A DNA stretch of 64,000 nt, taken from NCBI GenBank assembly GCA_964016885.1, contig OZ024755.1, forward strand, positions 26,288,001 to 26,352,000, read 5' to 3'. The translations under genes and the position numbers were made by a program. The notes under the pieces are model-generated. The model made no database searches and had not been told where the DNA came from. It saw only the letters and a program-made list of their open reading frames with translations. Within the stretch, counting starts at the first letter, position 1; every line of letters starts with the position of its first letter. This document shows positions 23,393 to 36,699 of the stretch, one piece after another. The stretch comes from Eledone cirrhosa (lineage: Eukaryota).

Positions 23393-23953
23393 TATTCTCA
23401 GTTAAGTCTCCAGGCAATGCGCGGACACTTGGAGTGAAAATTTAAGTAAGAAAAAAATTTAAGTAAGAAAAAAATTTAAGTAAGAAAAAAATTTTTTTTA
23501 AATTTTTTTAAAAAAAATATTTTCTTATTTTACGTCCTTTATATTATTGTTCTGCATTCTCCTGCATTGAACCACCTAGGTACTATGACATAACCTGTGT
23601 ATTTGCTGGCATGGGCGTGCATCTGTGCGCTTATGTTAGTTGATATATTAAATTATCTATATTTATCTCCAAATCACTGATTTGTCGAGCAAACTTGTCA
23701 AAACCACTTCTAAAAAAAAAAAAAAAATTTTTTTTGGGGTGTTAGTAGGCGTCAGTCATCTTACCATCCCATTCCTTCTAACTAGCCTCTGTGTCACGTG
23801 ATTGATTCTTTAGAATCGGCCATTTGACTTGAAGCAGTGAGAATTTCGGTACATAGAATCCAGTCCTCGCAAGCTGTTCGATCTACCGAATTATTATTAT
23901 TTTTATATGAGCCGCCAGTGTCCGCGCATTGCCTGGAGACTTAACTGAGAATA

Positions 23954-24036
23954 GACTTCCTGATGACGCAATGAATTCTCGACAGTTGAATTACGTAACT
24001 GTCTTTATCCCATTGCAGAAACTAATTAGTTGGAGT
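23954..24036 (+). ncRNA. Type I hammerhead ribozyme, copy 3 (GUU site, palindromic stem III)
   Basis: ACTTC-CTGATGA-cGCAATG[..GACAGTT..AACTGTC..]CATTGCa-GAAA-CTAATTAG-TT^GGAGT; predicted cleavage after 24031. The first pair of stem II is a C-A mismatch. Confidence 0.82.
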
Positions 24037-24107
24037 GAAAATTTAAGTAAGAAAAAAATTTTTTTTAAATTTTTTTAAAAAAATATTTTCTTATTTTACG
24101 TCCTTTA

Positions 24108-24730
<623 letters not shown>

Positions 24731-24753
24731 ATATATATATATATGCATATATG

Positions 24754-24836
<83 letters not shown>

Positions 24837-25440
24837 GTATATATATATGTATGTATATATATGTATATGTATGTATATATATGTATATGTATGTATATGT
24901 ATGTATATGTATGTATATGTATGTATATATATGTATATGTATGTATATGTATGTATATGTATGTATATATATGTATATATATGTATATATGTGTATATAT
25001 GTATATGTATGTATATGTATGTATATGTATGTATATGTATGTGTATATATGTATGTGTATATATGTATATATATATGTGTATATATGTATATATATGTGT
25101 GTATATGTATATATATGTGTGTATATATATGTGTGTATATATGTATATATATGTGTGTATATATGTATATATATGTGTGTATATATGTATATATATATGT
25201 GTGTATATATGTATATATATATGTGTGTATATATGTATATATATATGTGTGTATATATGTATATATATGTGTGTATATATGTATATATATATGTGTGTAT
25301 ATATGTATATATATATGTGTATATATATATGTGTATATATGTGTATATATGTATATATATGTATATATATATGTCTATATATGTATATATATATGTCTAT
25401 ATATGTATATATATGTATATATATATGTGTATATATATAT
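24731..25440. repeat. Compound (TA)/(TG) microsatellite
   Basis: Direct inspection. Confidence 0.95.
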
Positions 25441-26050
25441 AGTTTGTTGGTTGTAATGGTGTGGTAGTGGTTGTAGTAGTTTGTTGGTTGTAGTAGTGGT
25501 AGTGGTTGTAATAGTGGTAGTGGTTGTAGTAGTTTGTTGGTTGTAATGGTGTAGTAGTGGTATTGGTTGTAGTAGTTTGTTGGTTGTAATGGTGTGGTGG
25601 TGGTTGTAGTAGTTTGTTGGTTGTAATGGTGTGGTGGTGGTTGTAGTAGTTTGTTGGTTGTAATGGTGTGGTATGGTGGTGGTTGTAGTAGTTTGTTGGT
25701 TGTAATGGTGTGGTATGGTGGTGGTTGTAGTAGTTTGTTGGTTGTAATGGTGTGGTATGGTGGTGGTTGTAGTAGTTTGTTGGTTGTAATGGTGTGGTAT
25801 GGTGGTGGTTGTAGTAGTTTGTTGGTTGTAATGGTGTGGTATGGTGGTGGTTGTAGTAGTTTGTTGGTTGTAATGGTGTGGTATGGTGGTGGTTGTAGTA
25901 GTTTGTTGGTTGTAATGGTGTGGTATGGTGGTGGTTGTAGTAGTTTGTTGGTTGTAATGGTGTGGTATGGTGGTGGTTGTAGTAGTTTGTTGGTTGTAAT
26001 GGTGTGGTATGGTGGTGGTTGTAGTAGTTTGTTGGTTGTAATGGTGAGGT
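25441..26050. repeat. G/T-rich minisatellite, 42-bp unit (about 9-10 near-perfect copies plus shorter variants)
   Basis: Unit AGTTTGTTGGTTGTAATGGTGTGGTATGGTGGTGGTTGTAGT. Confidence 0.95.
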
Positions 26051-26289
26051 AGTGGTGGCAGTAGTTTGAAAACTAAGTTAGAAATCAGTGAAGAAGGAAT
26101 ATATACTCGATATGTGTCATAGGGAAAGTTAATTGTTTATTTTACAGTACTGAGTTATATTTATTGATTTATGTATGTATATTTGGATAAACACCTTCGT
26201 ATTTCCTATTGGTAACATAAAACCAATGAATACGTGCGGAGTAAGGTTAAAAGTTTTGTGGGTCACCAGGAACCTCTCCTCACCACTGC

Positions 26290-26552
26290 CAAGAGGGGGA
26301 AACTGGCGTAGTTTGGCCACGACACACGACATGACAGCCTGTGCAAGACCATCATTCAAGTCACTGTCGAAGGTGGACGCAGGGGTGTGGGGGGTGGGGT
26401 GTCAACGCAAAAACTGGACGCAATTGACGACACCAGATTTGTTGACGGCTGCCATTGATAGACTATTTTGAGTATGTGCTGCTTCTGCAGTGGGATCCCC
26501 CCAACGTCTACATAAGTCAAGGGACTGAGGATGATGGTGATAATGATGATTT
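26290..26552 (+). mobile_element. RTE LINE 3' end remnant
   Basis: FGHDTRHDSLCKTIIQVTVEGGRR...QRKNW, followed by a GATGAT tail. Confidence 0.8.
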
Positions 26553-26614
26553 GGATAAGTGTATGTTTGTATAAAAGGTTTCATGTATATATCTCATTTC
26601 AGTATCAGAATATT

Positions 26615-27140
26615 AAATAATTGTTTCTACTGTTGGCACAAGGCCAGCAATTATCCCAGTGCATTACTGGTACTTTATTTTATCAACCCCGTAAGGATGA
26701 AAGGCAAAGTTAACCTCGGAATATTAAATAATCAGAATATTAAATAATTGTTTCTACTTTAGGCACAAGGCCAGCAATTACCCAGTGCATTACTGGTACT
26801 TTATTTTATCTACCCCGTAAGGATGAAAGGCAAAGTCAACCTCGGCGGGATTTGAACTCAGATCGTAAAGGGACGTAACTATGCTGGAAAGCATGGCGTC
26901 CGACCCTCTACCAATACTGCCAATCCACAATATTAAATAATGATTTCTAATTCAGGCACAAAGGGAAGGAAAAGTCGATTATATCGACCCAAGTATAATT
27001 AATGGTATTATATTTTATCGAGCCTGAAAATATGAAAAGCATAGTTGACTTTAATGAGATTTGAACTCAGAACGTAAAAAGCCGCACCAAATACTGTGAT
27101 GAATTTGCCTGACGATCTATCGACTCTGCCAACCCACCTA
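26615..27140 (-). mobile_element. SINE-A cluster (partial, full at 26742-26928, and an older copy)
   Basis: Reverse-complement matches to the SINE-A consensus. Confidence 0.88.
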
Positions 27141-27359
27141 AAAATGGTGTAAAACGTTCGTCATTTACACGAGTATATACAGTATATATACACACATGTG
27201 CATACACGATATTATTAATATCTTTCTAGATTTGTAATATGTTTCTAATATACATGAACTGATATTCAAGCAAGCAAATGGAGCATCTCAACTGCTTACT
27301 AAAATTGATGTTTTGGACGAGGTAAATGAGTTAACAATGCTCAATATGTTTGCTCGAGT

Positions 27360-27518
27360 ATACTCAGCTGAAAATGAGTACCAGCAGTCGCTTGAGATTT
27401 AACCCTGCGATGGGGTGGCGTCCTGTCTAGAGAGAGGCCTGAACTCTCAGCCGCTTACCGTCACGGAAATCGGGATAAACACCGGCCGGATGAGCCTGCG
27501 GCATCATGGCAGACTTTA
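27360..27518 (+). mobile_element. 3' portion of another SINE family
   Basis: ACTCAGCTGAAAATGAGTACC...AACCCTGCGATGG...CGGAAATCGGGATAA...GATGAGCC...AGACTTTA; recognition of a SINE-type body and tail only. Confidence 0.55.
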
Positions 27519-27920
27519 GACTTTTTTTCTTTAGAATATGTTTGCTGTGACTATTTAAATAAATTAGAGTAATGTAATGATTAATTTGTGTGCTGTGGAG
27601 TGTAATCAAATCTTCTCTAATCAACAGCTATTTAATATGGAATAATATTCATCTTTATTAGTTGGCCATGTTCACTGTTCAGTTATTGCCGAGGTTATTT
27701 GTACATTTGTAACACTTAAGTTTTTTATTTGATTAAGTCACTAGAGAGAGAGAGAGAGAGATTATGTGTATTAAATAGATCAAAGGCTATATGCAGTTGT
27801 ATTCAGGTTTATTTCTATCTCCATGATACATATTTCGTTGAGGTTTACGGTTAGATAGTTTTTTTCTTCCTATCCATTCCACTAGCCTGAGCTCGTCAGA
27901 TGGTATAAAAATAGAATGAC

Positions 27921-27969
<49 letters not shown>

Positions 27970-28786
27970 TAGATGACCTCAGTCCGCACCATTGAGGTTT
28001 AGACATTTCTGAAAAGAGTACATGCATATATTTTTACCCAGAAGGATTGATTCGCCGCCGTCGTCGTCGTGTTAGTGGAAGACTATAGATACATTTATGT
28101 TCAGAAAACAAAGTGAATCAACTTTATTACACAAAACAATACTACAAAAACACAAACCTTAACTCATTCATTCAAACTGTGCGTGTATATGTGAGTGTTG
28201 GTGCTTGCCACTAGACCATCTCTGCCGACAAGGCCTATAATCAAAAGCCATTCGGTTTGTGACTAACCCTATCAGTATGTGTATTTATGTGTATATATGT
28301 GTGTATATTTGGGTCTATCTGGTGGTGGCGGTGATTTTGTAAGTGTGCATGTATGTTTATTGGCAATGCAGATACACTTTTGAAATAAGGGAGTAGATAA
28401 ATACAACTAGATATTCTTGTTTATCTATCATATCTGACACAATTAAATTTTGTAATTGTTGTATAACATCCTTCATATGTTAGTGCTACTGCTAATTAAT
28501 CCTAGCCGACCAAGTTCACACTAATATGCAAATGAGCAATCCCAATTGATGTTTCATATGCCAAAAAAAGCATATAAGCTATAACCTATTCTTGTACCAG
28601 TACAGAGTGAGTAAATGTGACTGTTGATGGATAAAAATCAGAAACACGTATGTGACATTTTAACATGATTACTGAGATATATGTGACATGATAGGAGCTT
28701 AGAATATTCATAGCCTTCACATACACCTCTATTATGAACCACGCAATGTTAGTGCTACAGCTGATATGCATACGCTCACTCACTCA

Positions 28787-28864
<78 letters not shown>

Positions 28865-28894
28865 TATACACATATATACATATATACATATATA

Positions 28895-29017
28895 TATAGG
28901 GTGGCCTCAAAAGTCACTAGACCATTTCAAAATATAAATATCCACATTTATTCGTTTATAAACAATAAATAAACTTATTATATTGTAAAATGCTCTAGTG
29001 ACTTTGAGCCCACTCTG

Positions 29018-29019
<2 letters not shown>
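28895..29019. mobile_element. Tc1/mariner-like MITE (~120 bp)
   Basis: TIRs TATAGGGTGGCCTCAAAAGTCACTAGA / TCTAGTGACTTTGAGCCCACTCTGTA in a TA context. Confidence 0.8.
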
Positions 29020-29050
<31 letters not shown>

Positions 29051-29789
29051 CACAAAAGTGGGCGCAAGCGCATTCATATACATACACAAACCACACAAAT
29101 GCACAAACGCATACACATACATCTACAAAACTACGAACATAAATCTATTTCTACACACACACATATACACATTTACATATAATAAACCACACATATTACG
29201 GCAAATCTATATACTCACTCCTACATATAGGCTGGGAGGCGAATAACCATGTTCAAGTTCCTCTTCACTGTATCAGATTTTAGGTTCAGCATTAATACAA
29301 TGTGTCTATATACTATACACATGTCGATCTGAACGTGTATGTATGTCTGTGCGTTTATGACTATATTGATATATGAGCTTTTAAAATAGTTCGAAATATC
29401 GAAGTTGCTACATTAGCTGAAGTCTAATTGGATCTCTATTTCAATGGTGCCAGTACATAAAAATATATACAGAGTACCCATTATTGTTCTATCTGTATTA
29501 TCCAAAAATATGCTTGAAGAAAATGATTTTTTGTTAGAGAAAATGTTTTCTTTTGTCCTTATGTTATACATCTGCATGCGCGAGGTATCTCAGTGTTCTT
29601 AGTGTCTTTATGTATGTACAATTTACTTAACGTCAAAATTCAACATATCGAAGCAAACATGCACACACACACACACATACACAGACACACACACAAACAC
29701 ATATACACACACACGCGCACAGACACACGTATATGCACACGGATCAGCATCCGCACACAAACACTATATACATACATGTATACATAGCT

Positions 29790-29849
<60 letters not shown>

Positions 29850-30171
29850 TGTGTGTGTGAGAGAGAGAGAGAGCTATTCTTATAAGTGGCATCCATAACT
29901 TCTGCAGACTATGGAGTGCATCTGGATTATGTCCAACTACACGTTTTAAAATATTGCGAGGTCCAATCATTGACCTACAGATTTGGCAGTATTAGGATAG
30001 GTGTTCTCTGTGTAGATGCTGCAGACGGATTTTCTCCGAGAGAAGATAACGTCTTGTTAATTTCTTATAAAGCTTCCAATCATTCCATCTTAGGTTCTTT
30101 TGATATTTTTCTGTTTCTATAGAATACTTTTATGTCATGTTTGCACACATCCTTGCAAGTCTGCTATGAGA

Positions 30172-30370
30172 TTTACCTCTTGATCTAAATTGTAAGCTTT
30201 TATCTCCGGTGTGAGCTTTCCCTCTCGATCTAGATTGTAAGTTTTTATCTCCGGTGTGAGTTTTACTTCTTGATCTAAATTGTAAGCTTTTATCTCCGGT
30301 GTGAGTTTTACCTCTCGATCTAAATTGTAAGCTTTTATCTCCGGTGTGAGTTTTATCTCTCGATCTAGAT
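30172..30370. repeat. 45-bp minisatellite, ~4.4 copies
   Basis: Unit TTTACCTCTCGATCTAAATTGTAAGCTTTTATCTCCGGTGTGAGT. Confidence 0.95.
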
Positions 30371-30647
30371 GCCAGGTATTTTGTAATTTGACCATCAACC
30401 ATGATTGATATATCCAAGTCACTGAAGTTATGTTTAGCGTAGGAAATTAAATATAGTGTGTATGACTGCGTATATGGCTATATGGATATATGTCTGTGCT
30501 GCAGATGTTTTTCTGCGCAAGCATCTCGCATGAAATACATAAATGTTGTGTTCTAGAGTATGAAGTATGCTAAAACCTTCGACATTGTACACATCGATCT
30601 TGGTAAATATTCTTTTTTCTTTATTCTCTTCTACTTTCTTAATAAGT

Positions 30648-30715
<68 letters not shown>

Positions 30716-30834
30716 AGTAACAGCTACTTTATCAATGTACGTTTTGATTTCTATACCTAGAGGAGTTTGTGTGTAGCAGTGGAATCATGATACTGAAAAA
30801 CATTTAACACATCCAGTTCTTTGCATTCGATCTT

Positions 30835-31545
30835 CATGGCGAGGAGGAGGAGGAGATGAATTGTTTTTCAGATCAAATACATTGTAAACTCTGTTCATAA
30901 GGTTTTGGAAACATTCTCCGGAGTTTGGGGAGATAGCTGCATCATTGGAAAACAACATGCTGTTGAAGGTAGGACTCTTTATCTGACTGCGTAGAATAGT
31001 CGGTCATCTGATGTTAAATATAGATAGAAATCATCGGTTGAGGACTGAAATGTGCGGTTTAGGAGCAGCAAAAAGCAGATACCAAAACTTGTCAGGACGA
31101 GTACACAGCTATGCTTGACTCCACTCTTCCCTCCAAATTTCTTGTTCAGAGATCTGCCACATGATGCTTAGAATCTTAGGTGAGCAACCAATGAGTGGCA
31201 ACATCTGAAACAGTTAATCTCTATTGATAATGTCAAGCGCCTTTGTTGGGTTAATGGAGGTTAACAGGATACAGTGGTTGATCTCGCTCTCAACAACTTC
31301 CTTGAAGCTGACACAGTGAAAATATCATCTTTATGCTGCACCTCTTAATCCCGAAGCCACATTGCGACTCAGGATATTCTCTGTCAGCAACCTTCTAAAG
31401 TTTTTACAGAACGGTTCAAGTGAAGAGATATGCCTCTGTAATCATTAACATATCTGTCGTCTTTGTTCTTGTAAAGTATGACTATGTTGGCATGGCGCAT
31501 ATTCTGTGAAACTGCATCCAGAAAGTTTTCATAAATGGTAAAATA
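30835..31545 (-). mobile_element. Highly degenerate RTE (BovB-like) LINE remnant
   Basis: MRHANIVILYKNKDDR...DYRGISL...SQCGF...IGCSPKIL. Confidence 0.75.
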
Positions 31546-32004
31546 CCAATAATACAGTATTTCCTCCATTCCTTTATATTCCATGTACACATTTTACTGG
31601 GGTATTTCATAGCATTAGATTCCATAAAAAAGCATCCATATTATTATCAATTTAACTTCTTTCTCTCAAAAGTTTGGTTGACTGATGCATCGAGTGATAA
31701 GTACGTTATGCATAGATATGTGCAAGGCCATGAATTATCATGACTTTGCATATTAGTTGATATATTGTTGACTTGGTCAGCTACTTCTCTTTTTGAGTCA
31801 TCCTAATAAAGCGTTCATTTTGCTTTTTCTAATGGCTAGAATATATACGGCTCGCCACACCTACATACTCATAGATTTCTCCGCTAACTGGAACAGTTGT
31901 GCCAATCCATTGCGACGCCACTGGTGTTCACGACGCTGAGGTTATCCAATTAAACTGATGATTGTCAGCTACTACTTATTAATTAATGTTGCTTAAAAGG
32001 TTAA

Positions 32005-32200
32005 TGAGTTGGTAGAATGATTACCACGTCGGACATAATGCTTTGTGACATTTCTTTCGAGAAATCCCACCGAGATCAACTTTGCCTTTTATCTTTTCGG
32101 GGTCGATACAATGAAGTGCCAGTCGAGTATTTGGGTTAATTTAATTGATTTTTTCCCACCTCCAAATTACTGGTCTTGTACCTAAACCAGAAATCATTAT
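32005..32200 (+). mobile_element. Old SINE-A copy
   Basis: AACTTTGCCTTTTATCTTTTCGGGGTCGATA central domain. Confidence 0.75.
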
Positions 32201-32899
32201 TAATGTGGTTTAATATCTAAAAACGTCAACAGTTTATAAAGTAATGGTATATAAATAATTATATTCGTATGAACAGATGAGGCTATCAATCATTGTCTCA
32301 GACAGCGAAGGAGACTAAAACTTCATTATAAATAGTTCACTGCTCTTCAGACATAATAACTTCTAATCTCGATTATATATGTTTACGTCTTGTGTTCAAC
32401 ACTAAATCACTTCCTCGCTTTATTACATTTTCTCTTATTTATATGTTGCATATGTACATTCTTGTTCATGAACCAACCAAATGATTTGTATACTGTTGTT
32501 GTTGTTTAGTACTATGTCAATTTTGATCGAGTTAACCTATGATGAAAGGTGTTTCAGCCCTGAACGTTCACTCTTTTATTCAAGCAGTCTAGCTAGAACT
32601 ATATTATCAAATGTGTCTATGAAAAAAGAAATAACAATACAGCGTGATAACAATACAGCTGTTTGTAACAGTTCGAGAAACCATATAGGTATTTTAAATT
32701 GAAATTACTACTATTCAACGGATTGATTGAACAGAAAATTGGCTGAATCCAACAAGTTAAGCATCTCCTACCAAAATATGAAAGTTTTATTTCAGTGGGC
32801 GGATTTCATAAAGGGAGGATGCCTAGTATTTCAACTTTGGTAGCACCAAATACTTGAAGAGATTCTAATTTCTAGTGAAACAAGAGTGACATCCTGTGC

Positions 32900-33780
32900 T
32901 GCCAGCTCTGTTGTTCGAAGAACAATCACAACTTCACCAACCATATCCCTCTGTTAGATTGTTCTACTTCCTAGAAACAACAGTTAAATCTAAATTTTCC
33001 AAAAGGCATGACTGTCATTACATGACAGCTGTCCTAACTGCAGTCAGTTTCAGGGTTGTGTTTCCCTTAGTCATCCAGTTCGGGATATTTCCGCTCTGGA
33101 GACTTGTATTCAATAGTTTCGCCTGCACTTGCTTCCGTGTTTCATTCTTTTTTAATCAGAAAAATTGCAGGTCTTCTAGTTCGGGTGTTTCCAATTAACA
33201 TTGTTTTGCAATGAGCCCCGGAGAAATTTTTATATCAAATCAACCTATTATTTTATTTGTCTTAGTTATTTTTCTATTTCTCCTGTCCATTCTCCCTACT
33301 TATTGTAGCTAACTTTCTTGTTGTATACATTACTCCCAAACTCTTTGCTTCTCTCTACATTTGGTACTTAATTGTTGTGTCGTCCTCCTCCCTCCCGCTT
33401 CTCATACAATCTCTTCTGATTATTATGAAACAACTGTTCTGCTGGAACTTTTCTGTTTTACTTTCGTATCGTTTTTATCTTAGTTGTCTTTGCTGTTACA
33501 CTTTGCTTCGGTTCTTCAATTATAACATTCACTTATTTGTTTTCCACATTTAATTTTCTCTAGTGTTTTGGTGACCTCTTCTTTCTCTAGTGCATCTTCT
33601 GGTAGTGACTGTAATTGGCTCACATAGCGTCTCAATCATTTTATGCTTTCTTCTATTCGTCTTTCCCATCAAGATATTTATCTGTTCTTAGTTTAACTTC
33701 TTTGGTTACTAATTCTTCTACCACTTTGTATAGATTATTTACCTCCAGTAGAAAGGTTAGACGTACATATACTATAGCAT
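32900..33780 (-). mobile_element. R4/Dong-like non-LTR retrotransposon remnant
   Basis: KIKRYESKTEKFQQN...NNQKRLYE and NWKHP...LLNTSLQSGNIPNWMTKGNTTL resemble the R4-clade pre-RT and RT domain 0-1 region. Confidence 0.7.
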
Positions 33781-34160
33781 GGTCGAACTCTTTGGTGTTC
33801 TATAGAAAATTAGTAGCGGAGGAACGCAATGACGTTCTTGGGGAGAATCTGGGCATCGGAGACAATCAACTATCCGCGCTCTCCCGGAGAATTTCCGGCC
33901 TAGCACCATTTGGTAACTTTCAGAAATCTCTATCCTGGTAGTGCTACCGGGGTTACTACCAATTTGAAATAAGCTCTTCAGTGTTGTCAGCCATGCCTGT
34001 CCTAGATGCGCGCAAGGCGACGAAACCGTCCTGCATACACTTGTTCAGTTTCCGAGCACTGCTGGCTTGCAGGTTTGTATCAAACAGCTGCAGTGGTGTG
34101 TGAGATGGATCCACTTATCAGCTGAATCCATCGTGTAGATTACCCAGCCACCTTCATATT
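33780..34160 (+). mobile_element. Tx1/L1-like ORF2 C-terminal remnant (zinc knuckle)
   Basis: FYRKLV...NFQKSLSW*CYRG...CPRCAQGDETVLHTLVQ. Confidence 0.72.
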
Positions 34161-34177
34161 ATTTCTCGTCTAAAGAG

Positions 34178-34390
34178 GGCGGTGGATTGGTAGTGTCAAT
34201 AGAGTATCAGGAAAAATGTTTTGTTATATATAGATGCAACTCTTTACGTTCTGAGTTCAAATCCCACTGAGGTCAACTTTGCTTTTAATCCTTTCGCGGT
34301 GGGTAAAATAAAGTACCAGTCAAGTACTGGAGTTGTTTTAATCGACTTTCCACTCCTCTTAAACTGCTGGTCTTGTATCTAAATTATTTC
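34178..34390 (+). mobile_element. SINE-A copy
   Basis: GGCGGTGGATTGG head, B box GAGTTCAAATCC, central domain. Confidence 0.85.
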
Positions 34391-35704
34391 TCGTCTAAAT
34401 AAAATTCTAATATTGAAAGATACCGCTTCAGCTAGGTTCGTTTAGAGTTTCCGACCTCCAATACTAATCACTCACTGGCCCATCAAAACTTCAATTTTTT
34501 TTAACTAGCTATGTATGGATTCAATCATAGGAATTAAGTGAATATATATTCTGGTATTGTTGTTCTATTTTTCGAATGACTTTATCTCTAAGAATCATGG
34601 AAAAGAAGAAAATTAATTAGCGCTCATCATCTGGGTCTACTTAAAGTTGATGTCTTCCACTCCATAAAGCTGACAAACAGTTTATGGCTTCACAATAAAA
34701 TCAATCCCAGAAAAGAAATGCTACATAAGTACACACAAAGAAATCCATGCCTGCTTCTATCGATAGACGTCATGACGAAGTTGGTAACAAACCAAACAAT
34801 ATAAGAGACTAAACAAAACAAATTGCTGCATCTTTATACAAACTGTATAAAATATATACGTTCGTCTGATTGGAGCCTTTTGGTAGTTACAGCTGTTTTA
34901 TGTCAATTATTTTACTGTCGTACATAAATCAGCGTGCTAATTTAGAGAAGGAAAAATGAAAAAAAAAAAAATCCCTTCAGATAACGAAGGAAAAAATATG
35001 TGGCAGTAAAATCGATAACGTTATTCTAGTATATTCTAATCTACTTAAAAATTGGGATACATTGAACTTTCCTGTTTGAAGATTTGTGATTTTGTTGTCA
35101 AAATCACAGTATGTACCATACATCCTTCGGTTAATGATATGTATTTTATCAAGATGATCTATGTATCTTTCTTCTGTCTATGTAATTTATTTATTTATTT
35201 ATTCATTTATCACTGCCTGCTTTTAGATTAGGAAAAAAACAACAAAAACAACAAAAAAAACAAAAACGAAGGAGGATGTAATGTTAAGATTGTGAAAACT
35301 ATGGTGATAGATGATTAGATTGACTACGTGAGGCTGTTTTGAAGAAATACTTGGATACGTTGGATAAGGAGGTTAAAAAGTAAACTGATTTTAGAGTTTT
35401 TGTTAAACACGAAACGAAAAAGAATAAAACATAAATGACAAAAACAATTTATGACCTAACTAAACAAACTTTGTTATCCAGCAAGAGAACATTACTTTAT
35501 AAAATAATTTCGATGGTGAATAAATTTGCCGGTACTTTGCACTCCACCTCGTGAAATATATATTTTAATCTACTTCTCGTCTACTAAAAATCCGAACTTC
35601 ATTCTATCAATCAGCTCGAGTCTTCCTCATCACTGCTACAACTACCTCAATATATTCAACAGATAAATGAGATCTTATTTAACTTTCTTTAACAAGCAAC
35701 AAAT

Positions 35705-35900
35705 TATTAGGTCGGACAAAATGCTTTGAGATATTTGTTACGTTTGTTTATAATCTGAGTTCATATCCTGTCGAATTAACTTTACTTTTTATTATTCTGG
35801 GGTCGATAAGAAACGTACCAGTCAAGAACTGTGTCAATATAATCGACTTTCTCCTCCCTCAAAATTGCTGCCCTTTTGCCTATAGTAGAAATCATTATTA
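35705..35900 (+). mobile_element. Old SINE-A copy
   Basis: CTGAGTTCATATCC...GGGGTCGATAA...GTACCAGTC. Confidence 0.72.
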
Positions 35901-35924
35901 TTATTATTGGCATCTAGAATATTG

Positions 35925-36260
35925 TTAGGCGTTCGGGGTACTTTACAGCTGGACAACGTGATCGACGACTGAAAAACGACATTTCCTTTATCTAAAAGTC
36001 TAGTGGATGGTTAAACCGATGATGAGGCCAGTCTGAGCAGACTCTTTTGGAAGACTTTCTGGTCGGGGATTATGGGCAATTTCCAAAAATCATGAGCATG
36101 GTTAGTGCTGCAGGAAAGCATTACAAGTTCGACACAAGTTCTACAGACATGGAATTGCCAATAGCTGAACCTGTCCAAGATGTACGCAAAACAACGAAAC
36201 CGTCCTGTTTGCTATTGCCCAGCATATTTACATTGCAAATACGCTGGGCAATAGCTTTAA
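35925..36260 (+). mobile_element. Second Tx1/L1-like C-terminal remnant
   Basis: GNFQKS*AW...TCPRCTQNNETVL, homologous to 33900-34050. Confidence 0.65.
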
Positions 36261-36429
36261 GTGTATGTTTGATAATCGGAGTGTATGCACAAAACCTCTT
36301 ACAAACTCCCAAAGTTTGGGAGCATCAAAGAGGTGTCTAAGGTGCCGCACAAGGAGATTGAGAAAGAAATTTTCAATAACAAGGTCATTATTCTTCCTTT
36401 CTCTCACCCCGCCCCCCTATATATATATA

Positions 36430-36623
36430 TACAACGAAAGTGTGGTAAGAAACCAGGTGAACCATACCGCACCAGAGTACTCGATACTTAGGGTAGTAGA
36501 GTGGGTAATAGGAAAAGAGTCAAGACCCCGACGGCTGAGCTCCGGCTGTTTCTACAGCTAGATCCGAATTCAGATCTAGCTGTTGAAACGGCCGGAGCTC
36601 AACCGTCGGGGTCCTGACTCTTT

Positions 36624-36629
<6 letters not shown>
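36430..36629 (-). mobile_element. Short fold-back element carrying a hammerhead 3' half, in (TA)n
   Basis: Hairpin 36508-36629; GAAA(36585)-CGG..CCG-TC^GGGG; homologous to 41038-41245. Confidence 0.75.
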
Positions 36630-36697
<68 letters not shown>

Positions 36698-36699
36698 TA

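Larger units (their letters stand above)
22556..24107. mobile_element. Retrozyme-like element: 563-bp monomer, ~1.55 tandem units on - joined head-to-head to ~1.15 units on +
   Basis: Period 563 (22561 vs 23124); orientation switches at 23429/23430; three HHR copies; no ORF; (TA)n on both flanks. Confidence 0.88.

Noticed and set aside
25441-26052. Regular 42-bp array (ORF 25651-26052) as a CRISPR or repeat protein
   Set aside because: Units are contiguous and near-identical with no unique spacers, and no cas genes are present; it is an ordinary minisatellite in animal DNA.
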